Origin: Ginkgo biloba
Lineage: Eukaryota > Plantae > Ginkgophyta
Length of the DNA: 19,729 nucleotides
Direction: 5' to 3'
Assembly: GCA_024626585.2 (NCBI GenBank)
Contig: JANKJI020000002.1
Location: 238,175,665-238,195,393, forward strand
The position numbers and the translations under genes are program-made. Below the pieces are notes generated by a model. The model was not told the origin of the DNA. It did no database searches and saw nothing but the letters and a program-made list of their open reading frames with translations. The first letter of the stretch is position 1. Every line of letters starts with the position of its first letter. This document shows positions 1 to 8,399 of this stretch, one piece after another.

Positions 1-1818
1 TATATCGAAGAGGTTAGTAAAGTTAATTTCTAATTAATAAAAAGTACATCAAAGGGTTTCTATGAATTAAACACAATTTCTTAGTAGGTGTTAAAAAGTG
101 TGGTGATTCACTACATTGCCAACATTTAAAATTATATCAATGTGCTAATATATTGTGGCTTTTTGCAAATAATGCAATTAATTCAAACAATATTACCAAC
201 TGATGTCCCTTAATCTAAGGGATAGTTCAACACATGTAATAACTTCTTAAATGCCTTAAATTAGTATTGATTAGATGGTAAAAAATATAACATGCATAAG
301 TATAACTAAGATGGTCAAACCCTCTAAGATCATCATGGGTTATTATCCAGTCATCTAAATTATTGTTTTGAATATTAAATCATGTTTTCTAATAAAATAA
401 AACTATATAAGGGAGATTCATGGGAGCATAATCCTCTTCTTAGGGATTTTTCTTGTATAGGAGTTGGAATCAGATTTCCTTTTAAGGAGAAATGTCATTC
501 TTCATCTCACATAGCTATTCCATCTCATCTCATGGCATAAGTGGTTAGGATTATTACCCCCTTGCTATAGAGCTTAAGATATAACGAAGGGATAAGGTGC
601 AATTTATAAAGGTGGTATGCCAAGTATATAGCATTTCTTCTATCTAAACTTGTTTATATTCATATATATTATTTTTGGCTTTGTTTGGTCTCTCATGTGC
701 ACGGTCCATTCATCATAATACCAATTTATCATACTAATGTCAAAAGAAGGATTGTACATTTGTGTATATATGGTTTATGTAGGTTGCACGTGATTTCATG
801 AGAGTGAGGAGTGTTGAANNNNNNNNNNNNNNNNNNNNNNNNNNNNNNNNNNNNNNNNNNNNNNNNNNNNNNNNNNNNNNNNNNNNNNNNNNNNNNNNNN
901 NCTTGTATTTTGTAGCACTTATTCATTCGGTTTATTGTTCTCTTGTTGTTATTAAGTTCTACAATTTGTAACCCAAATACCTATACATCCTCTAATCCAT
1001 CAAAGTGGACCAAACTATACCAACAAACAAGTGGCCCTACTGGGGAATTTGATGGATAGTTAGTTTGTTGACTAAAATCCCCTTAAGTACCATAATGGCC
1101 ATACCAGGCATTGTTTAATTGATTATAAATTAAATGTTTGATAGCATTGTTATGGAATTGACTCATTACATGTATAGGAACTCAAGTCTTCAAACAAGAT
1201 TAAATATGATCTTAAAATTAATCACTTAAACTTAGGAACTTACTACTAAATTACTAATGCAATTTATGAGTTATTGCATGCATTAATATAAAGGCATAAA
1301 CCTTAAGGCTCATCAATTATAATTGGCCATTCATTTGTAATGAACTCAAAATTGAATCAAGTATCATATATAAAATGGTGTTGAAGAGTGCCATAGGTGT
1401 GTTATCCAAATATCTTAGCTGAATTAGACTTCAGGCTGATTTAGTCTAACATTAGATGTGTGGATAGACCATTATGGTATTGCCTTCTAGGAGTCTAGAT
1501 AAATAAATACTACTTCACCTACTACTGAGATCAACTTGGATATGATCTTCTAGAACATTCGTGTGGACCTTAATATTCCCTCCAAATATTCTTTTAATAA
1601 AGGGTACTTAGGCTATCATCACTCCTCTTTTACGAAGGAGTAGTTCCTTATGCTTTCATCACATTAAGCAACAAAAGCAAATTTTGTTTTGATGTTTGCC
1701 TAACACAAATAAAAGTAACAAACTTTATAGGATTAAAATAATTTAAGCTAACCTAAGGTTATTGTTTTTATTTTGTAGCTATAATATATTACATATTTTA
1801 CGCACGTTTCTCTAGTTT

Positions 1819-1840
1819 AAAAGGGGGCTTAATGTTGCCT
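1819..1840 (+). mobile_element. Candidate polypurine tract and 3' LTR start of a decayed Gypsy element
   Basis: AAAAGGGGGCTTAA followed directly by TGTTG at 1833. No partner LTR is visible. Confidence 0.35.
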
Positions 1841-1984
1841 TATATTAAGATTAATTTATGTGTACAATTTCTTTGGGAATACAAAATAATTGTTTTATTT
1901 AATGAAAGGGAGTTGAAAAAGTAATTTTAGTAGATTATAAATGGACTTTCGAGTTATTAAGGCCTTAATCCTCATATGCCCATA

Positions 1985-2029
1985 AGTTCTCTCTCTCTAT
2001 ATGTGTGTGTGTGTGAGAGAGAGAGAACT
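1985..2029. repeat. Compound microsatellite (CT)n-(TG)n-(GA)n forming a perfect 14-bp inverted repeat
   Basis: agttctctctctct (1985-1998) is the exact reverse complement of agagagagagaact (2016-2029). Confidence 0.85.
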
Positions 2030-2810
2030 ATTCATCTATCTAAAGTGTATATTTATCCACCATTGTGATAAAATATTATCAACCCAAACACTTTCAAATC
2101 AAATCTAAAGGGGGTCTAATCTTCACAATTCTACAATGTTAGAGAAGAAAATAATATATAAANNNNNNNNNNNNNNNNNNNNNNNNNNNNNNNNNNNNNN
2201 NNNNNNNNNNNNNNNNNNNNNNNNNNNNNNNNNNNNNNNNNNNNNNNNNNNNNNNNNNNNNNNNNNNNNNNNNNNNNNNNNTAATAGGAATTCAAGTCTA
2301 ATACAAGTGTTTTGAGAGCTTCATATACCCAACTCCAACTCTACCCTCATCGTTTTCATGTACACAAATTCCCTCCCCCCTAAAACACACCCTTCCCCTC
2401 CCTATTTTGGATTTCTAGCTAGTATTGGTAATACCTAGTTCCTACAAAATCAAACCGCCTTTAATATCAAGTATATTAAAAATAATGCACTTAAGCATTC
2501 AACGACAATATGCATTCTAAAGACCAATAAATATTTGCACCTTCGTGGATAATATAGACATATGAACTTGCATGACACTATCTACCAACCCCATCCACAA
2601 CCTTCCTATGTTATACCTTTGTTGTTTGTTTTCCAACCTTCCAAACTATGATAAGAACTCCTTAACAAGCAACCATTCACACGCAATGACCCCAATACAA
2701 TCAAATCCAACCCCCTTTAAGGAAAAATTATTAAAGACATTCTTTAACAAAACGAAAACGAATAACAAACGTTTTATTTGTACATTCCAATTATTCCTAA
2801 GTACAACATG

Positions 2811-2960
2811 TAGACGGTCTTGAATTGCCCGGGCGGCCCCGCGCGCTAGATTCGGCGGGAGACGCGCTCTTGTATCCACCAATGAGCGTCGCGTCAAAAT
2901 CCGACGTGGCATGTTCCGGGCCTTATGAAATGCAACTACCACCCAACTGAATTTTAAAGT
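2811..2960 (+). promoter_or_regulatory. Proximal promoter of EB1 (GC/CpG-rich island with candidate cell-cycle motifs)
   Basis: Abrupt CpG-rich patch in CpG-depleted surroundings. It holds MSA-like TAGACGGTCT (2811-2820), E2F-like GGCGGGAGA (2854-2862), CCAAT (2879-2883) and ACGTGGC (2904-2910), ~450-570 bp upstream of the ATG. Confidence 0.6.
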
Positions 2961-3383
2961 TGGAGGAGGTAGCGAAATTACAAAGGAGAAATTGCAAGGA
3001 AATATGTGAGGCGAATGTGATGGAATAGGGGCCCAGGAATGTATGCAAGCATCTGTTATTACTTCTCAATCCCTGGGATTTCAAGGGTTTTCGTTGTTTC
3101 CACGCCTACTGGCCCTGTCAGCTGTTGAATTGGGCATTTGGACGTGACATTTGGCTTTCATTGATGGTCCAGCCTCTCTGTGGATCCAACATTTGAACTA
3201 TATTTCATTTCAGGGATTGGTTTTATCTGAAGTCCTACAGATTGAGGTTGAATCCCAATTTAGATTTGGGAGGCAATCTTCGAACTTTTCTTGCAGAATT
3301 TTTGAGATTTTGGTTTGTGGGTTTGAAGTTGGCACTAAGAAATTAGTGGGTAGGGCCAGCACAGTTTGTTGGAAGTGTTATTT

Positions 3384-3494
3384 ATGGCCTCTGCCAACAT
3401 TGGCACCATGGATGGAGCTTATTTTGTTGGCAGGAATGAGATTTTGAGCTGGATCAATAATACATTGCATCTCTGCATAAGCAAAGTAGAAGAG
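3384..3494 (+). CDS. EB1: EB1 coding exon 1 (start of CH domain, 37 aa)
   Basis: ATG at 3384. Translates as MASANIGTMDGAYFVGRNEILSWINNTLHLCISKVEE and ends at the phase-0 donor GAG|GTAAAT (GT at 3495). Confidence 0.93.
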
Positions 3495-5765
3495 GTAAAT
3501 TCTTCATGTTTTATCGGTTTGTTATTCATGGGGTTCTGCATACAGTAGAGGTATGTTTTTCAGCCCCTTTATATCTTGATGGCCTATATTATATGCATTT
3601 TAAAGTAAACTTATAAAATGTTAACATTGAAAAGATAATGTTAAAATATTTTTTTATGTAAATAATTATTCTCTAAAGATTGATAGTGTATATGCCCCCA
3701 ATGAAATCGCAAAAAGGATTTCCTTGTGGAATTGGTTTGCAGTTTCCTTACCCCAAGTTTCTTGCATTGTCTTGGGAGATTTTAATATCGTTGAGTATAA
3801 GGAAAGGCTTGGTGATATTGGTCAACATATTTCTTTAGGTGAATTATAGGCTTTGTTGTAGTGTAAGCTTAATCTGGGTCTAGCAGAGGTGGTACTTTGT
3901 GAGGACTCTTGTACCTGTGTAATAAGAGAGTTGTGTAGCATAGTGTGTGGACTAGATTAGATCGTTGTTATCCAATCATGTCTTTTTATTTTTATCAAAC
4001 TAGTGTGTATCTTAAGTTGAGAGTCTTATAATATGAATTAGTCAATTTTTANNNNNNNNNNNNNNNNNNNNNNNNNNNNNNNNNNNNNNNNNNNNNNNNN
4101 NNNNNNNNNNNNNNNNNNNNNNNNNNNNNNNNNNNNNNNNNNNNNNNNNNNNNNNNNNNNNNNNNNNNNNNNNNNNNNNNNNNNNNNNNNNNNNNNNNNN
4201 NNNNNNNNNNNNNNNNNNNNNNNNNNNNNNNNNNNNNNNNNNNNNNNNNNNNNNNNNNNNNNNNNNNNNNNNNNNNNNNNNNNNNNNNNNNNNNNNNNNN
4301 NNNNNNNNNNNNNNNNNNNNNNNNNNNNNNNNNNNNNNNNNNNNNNNNNNNNNNNNNNNNNNNNNNNNNNNNNNCTTCAAGGTCCATATGGATTGCCAAA
4401 CTCCCTAGTGGTTGGATTGGCACTTGCTCCCATTTATGAACTACACAATCAAGAAGGACTCTAGATGGTTGTAGCCATATGTTGACCGACAAGAGTGTTG
4501 TATCAAAATATCCTACATTGCTCAAACTAGTACAATTTTCTGGTCAGGAATGTTTATAATGCTGTGGAAAGGAGGGAAATGTGTAAGGGAGGAAAGGAAA
4601 TTAATAGAAAAACAGCCCTTAACCACAGTTCCCAAGCACCCGGTTCAACAAAGGCACCAGTAAGCTCAAGGCCTACAACACCGGCTTTGAATCATGCTGC
4701 TCGTCGAGCAGATAGTACTGCANNNNNNNNNNNNNNNNGGATTCGGTAAGATGCTAATTGCTACCTCCTATCCTTAAGATAGATTAGAGTTTCATTACTT
4801 AAGTCATTATGATTTGATACGAAATATTTAGATCATCACGTTTTGATACTAACATTTGAATCGTCTTGCTTACTACAGTTTCATGCAAAAATAAAATATA
4901 TTATAGGTGGGCTATTTAAAATCAGATGTGGAACTGGATTTGGTCATGGTAAAAGCTTGATCTACAAAAACTATGTTTTGTGTATCTGATTCAAATGTTT
5001 GCTGCAGTCAGTAAAACCACTCCCAGAAATACGTCACTGCCATCACCCGCTGCAATTCAGATCAGGGCTCTTTTTGAACAGGTATTGACATAATATTAAG
5101 TCACAATTGTCACATCATTTGCCCTAATTAATGCATAGACAATAGGGTTTTTAATAGAAGTTGTGATTTATTTACCACCTTCATGCAGGTTGCAGAATTG
5201 AAGGTTACAGTCGACAATTTGGAGAGAGAAAGGGACTTCTACTTTGCAAAACTTCGGGACATTGACAATTTATGCCAAAGCTCTGAACTTACACAAATTC
5301 CGGTAAACTTAAGAGTATACATTAATTCTTTTTTTTCCAAATTATGGTAGAAAAGTATGACTTTCTGAACTAAGTATGACAGTACCTAGTTTAACGTTCT
5401 TGCAGGCAATTAAAACAATTCAGAGACTACTCTATGCTGATGATATGGGTGGCGGTCCTGAAACAAATATAGCAGACAATGATACCTCAAGTTTTAATGT
5501 TGAGGTTCCAGAAGGTCAACCTTCAAGACCTAAAGATACAGACCAAGATGAGCTGTCCTTGTATGATTCAGCCACAGAGTACAAGGGAGAAAGATTGGAG
5601 GATTCAGTCTCGGAATTCAAAGGAAACGGTGATGAATATGGTTGGGTTGAAGACGGAGCATTAAACGCTTGTACATATGTTGATGCATATACCCTTGCCG
5701 ACCCTGAGCATAGAATTTTGTGTAATAGTGCATCAGTTGAAGACTTTTTGCCCAGTGTAGAGTAA
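3384..5765 (+). CDS. EB1: Microtubule-associated protein RP/EB family member (EB1, EB1c-like linker). Spliced CDS with visible exons 3384-3494, 4548-4745, ~5008/5012-5081, 5189-5302 and 5406-5765; central CH-domain exons hidden or missing
   Basis: The N-terminus MASANIGTMDGAYFVGRNEILSWINNTLHLCISKVEE matches the plant EB1 start. YNAVERREMCKGGKE matches the post-CH linker. VAELKVTVDNLERERDFYFAKLRDIDNLCQ...IQRLLYA matches the EBH domain. The exons have canonical GT-AG boundaries. Confidence 0.93.
3640..3975 (+). mobile_element. Decayed LINE (L1-like) APE endonuclease fragment in EB1 intron 1
   Basis: Hand translation gives IDSVYAPNEIAKRISLWNWFAVSLPQVSCIVLGDFNIVEYKER...*, then after a frameshift CNKRVV*HSVWTRLDRCY. 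The VYAPN, LW, GDFN and RLDR motifs occur in the correct order. Confidence 0.8.
4548..4745 (+). CDS. EB1: EB1 linker exon
   Basis: Acceptor ttttctggtcag|G. Reads NVYNAVERREMCKGGKEINRKTALNHSSQAPGSTKAPVSSRPTT. Donor CG|GTAAGA at 4746. Contains a 16-N gap. Confidence 0.85.
5012..5081 (+). CDS. EB1: EB1 short exon leading into the coiled coil (KTTPRNTSLPSPAAIQIRALFEQ)
   Basis: Open frame ending CAG|GTATTG, in phase 0 with the EBH exon. The acceptor is ambiguous (tgCAG|tCAG|t, 5008 or 5012). 5012 keeps frame if the upstream 16-N gap length is exact. Confidence 0.72.
5189..5302 (+). CDS. EB1: EB1 EBH-domain exon
   Basis: tcatgcag|GTT GCA GAA... reads VAELKVTVDNLERERDFYFAKLRDIDNLCQSSELTQIP|GTAAAC, with the hallmark ERDFYFxKLR motif. 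Confidence 0.93.
5406..5765 (+). CDS. EB1: EB1 terminal coding exon (end of EBH plus acidic tail, 119 aa)
   Basis: ttcttgcag|GCA ATT AAA... reads AIKTIQRLLYADD (the EBH 'ILYA' helix), then an open acidic tail to TAA at 5763-5765. Confidence 0.85.
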   Translation, partial: AIKTIQRLLYADDMGGGPETNIADNDTSSFNVEVPEGQPSRPKDTDQDELSLYDSATEYKGERLEDSVSEFKGNGDEYGWVEDGALNACTYVDAYTLADPEHRILCNSASVEDFLPSVE

Positions 5766-5993
5766 GTGTAACATATTGCAACGAATTCAACGAAATCCAG
5801 GGATTTCAATTCATCATCAGAAATATACTTTAGACTGATGATGGGCTAATCCCTTTAATTAATGCATTTGATTGATGGAAAGATTGTTTCGACTGCCTTT
5901 TGCAACAAAATTTTAAAGACCATACTCGTTAGAAAATTTAGGTTTAGAGTTGGGGTAACAGGCCTATACAATCTTGAATATAACGGGATTAAG

Positions 5994-5999
5994 AATAAA
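5994..5999 (+). other. Candidate polyadenylation signal for EB1
   Basis: AATAAA ~230 nt after the stop codon, followed by GT/T-rich sequence. Confidence 0.3.
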
Positions 6000-6409
6000 C
6001 GTGAAACAAAAGTAGGTTTGGTTTAGCACGGAACCGTTCTGTCTCGCTTGGTTTATTTGTTCACTTTGAGAAAAAAACTAGAATCACCTCCTTCCTGATA
6101 TGCACATAGACACCTCTTCCGTTTGTTTTTGCACCTCCCCGTTATATGTGAACACCCCCCTTTTAGTGGTTTTTCTTATAAAAGTTCATATGTGAAGTGC
6201 ACTATAGGGGGGTTAGGGGGTGACACATACATACATATTTTGAGCATGCGTGTGTGTAACATGCCTATATGGGGTTTGGCGGGGGGGGGGGACATACCTA
6301 CACATGTTANNNNNNNNNNNNNNNNNNNNNNNNNNNNNNNNNNNNNNNNNNNNNNNNNNNNNNNNNNNNNNNNNNNNNNNNNNNNNNNNNNNNNNNNNNN
6401 NNNNNNNNN

Positions 6410-6700
6410 TACAAAGGCCCCTAAGATATGCCCGTTCAAATCTCTGCAGAAACCACTAGCACCAGTTGGACCAATATTTCCTTTAGCGGCACCATCGAAA
6501 TTACATTTCACCTAGCCCCTTAGGGGAAGGGTCCATTTGACTTGAGATATCACTAATCTTCCAGTCAGGAGGGACGGGGGCACTGGTAAATTCTATCTCC
6601 TTAGGATAGATTTTTCAGTCTCAGGGATTTGGGATTTATTGAAATCCAACAGTTTCAGGTCCTGGCCATGCCACATGAAAGCCTGCACCGTTTGAAGATG
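6410..6700 (-). mobile_element. LINE ORF2 C-terminal RNase H-like domain remnant
   Basis: The - strand reads EKSILRR*NLP...VKWTLPLRG*VKCNFDGAAKGNIGPTGASGFCRDLNGHILGAFV. This fits the WxxPxxGWxKxNFDGA...RD pattern of plant LINE RNase H, with Trp codons apparently mutated to TAG. Confidence 0.85.
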
Positions 6701-7423
6701 AAAGAGAATCTACTTCTGAGGCTACAAAAATTTGGAGATAAAGTCATTCTTCATACCCATTGGATGCATGGGCAGGGTAAGGGAAATCAGGGCTATTTAT
6801 TGATTACTGGGCTAAACAGTATTACACATTATATATATAGTAAACTTGATAAATGTACCAAGTTCTTCCTGGTTCATGTGAACCCATAAGGAGGCTCTAG
6901 CTATGTGCTTGGCATACTGGATTGTTTGTTTGATCGCAGCATGTATATACAATTCATGAGAATCAATTCATGATAAAATAGTTCCAGCTCTTTCACCAGT
7001 GAATCACTTTGTGTTCCAATTTACTTAGTCTCTTGAAGAGAAGCCTGCCAAAGGCAAGGAGTCCAAGAGAACACAAATTAATACTGATTACAAGTTATAT
7101 AAAATATATTCTGATTACAAATCATCCTTTAGAAAAATGTATACTTATTATTATTATAGTATTGATCTAACACTTTTGCCTGTGTATCATATCAACACTG
7201 TTATATGGTCCAGTCCTTAGTTTTCTAGGATACTACTGTACTCAGTGACTACTAGTTAATGGTAAGTATTCTGTGAACTAGGAATGTTTTGTGGTTTTTA
7301 TAAATCTCTAAAACATTAACCAGCATATGCCTTGTGTTTTTGCACAAAGTACCACCTTCAACTTTGCAGGTTGGGGAGCAGGTTTTCTACAACTTTATTC
7401 AATCCACTACAAAATGAAGGGGG

Positions 7424-8036
7424 CAACAAATTAAGGCAGAACTCGACAAAATGTTTGAAGCAGGCTATATTTATGAAGTTGATAATAGTGAATGGGCGAG
7501 CCCCATCATAATCATTAGGAAAGAGAATGGCGAAATAGGAGTGTGTACACTACAGAGAACTTAACAAAGTAACAAAAACGGATCTGTTTCCACTCCTATT
7601 CACAAAAGACGTACTCAACTGGGTAGCAAGATATGAAGTGTTCTCCTTTACTAATGGATATACTGGCTACAACCAAGTTAGCATAGCCCCCAAAGATCAA
7701 CTAAAAACAAACTTTGCCACAGAATGGACAACATATGCCTATCATGTAATGGCCTTCGACCTCACTAATGCTCCCACCACTTTTCAATGCATTATATTAA
7801 GCATCTTCAAAAAAAATGATTGGTGATAAGGTCGAAGTATTTCTAGATGATTGGACTCTTTATTCTTTGACCAACACCCATCTAGCAAGTTTAAAACAAA
7901 TGTTGCACACGTGTGGAGAAAGTGATTTATGTCTTAACCCAAAGAAATGCAAATTCATGGTACCTTTTGACAATCTGCTTTGGCACATTGTAATGAAAGA
8001 AATTTTACTTATAAATCCCACCAAGGTGGCCCTAAT
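7424..8036 (+). mobile_element. Ty3/Gypsy reverse transcriptase remnant (Tat/Athila-like)
   Basis: QIKAELDKMFEAGYIYEVDNSEWASPIIIIRKENGEIGVC / YRELNKVTKTDLFPL...FSFTNGYTGYNQV...VMAFDLTNAPTTFQ / VEVFLDDW...LNPKKCKF. Frameshifts near 7548 and in the A-run near 7815. Confidence 0.93.
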
Positions 8037-8399
8037 NNNNNNNNNNNNNNNNNNNNNNNNNNNNNNNNNNNNNNNNNNNNNNNNNNNNNNNNNNNNNNNN
8101 NNNNNNNNNNNNNNNNNNNNNNNNNNNNNNNNNNNNATATGTTTCTCTCTAGTGGAATCATTTTTGGTAATTGGACTAACCTACAGAGCCCCTGATTCTT
8201 TGGACGGTATTTCCATAGAAACTACACTCTTTTCTAGCGTACTATTTTGGGTGGGTTGACTTATAGGCATACTAGCCTTACTAGAGGCTTTACCCTTGGA
8301 TTTTACTACTTTATATCCCTCTTCTTTCGAGGCATCCAAGAATATTTTGGTCCCACTANNNNNNNNNNNNNNNNNNNNNNNNNNNNNNNNNNNNNNNNN

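Noticed and set aside
2572-2942. Overlapping ORFs 2572-2823 (+) and 2646-2942 (-)
   Set aside because: No recognisable motifs. They are explained by the GC-rich promoter and base composition.
3151-3447. 98-aa ORF overlapping EB1 exon 1
   Set aside because: It has a TTG start, is out of frame with EB1, and shows no recognisable homology.
5479-5809. Alternative-frame and antisense ORFs over the last EB1 exon
   Set aside because: These are shadow ORFs of a real coding exon.
5733-5854. C/D snoRNA or SECIS interpretation of the TGATGA-containing hairpin
   Set aside because: There is no suitably placed D box on the + strand. The - strand C/D pair lacks a terminal stem and overlaps the CDS. The SECIS core geometry is absent, and land plants lack selenoproteins.
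5936-5956. Telomere-like TTTAGG/TTTAGAG/TTGGGG run
   Set aside because: It has only about three degenerate units and is compatible with chance.
6629-6889. 86-aa + strand ORF
   Set aside because: It has a TTG start, is partly antisense to the LINE remnant, and has no motif support.
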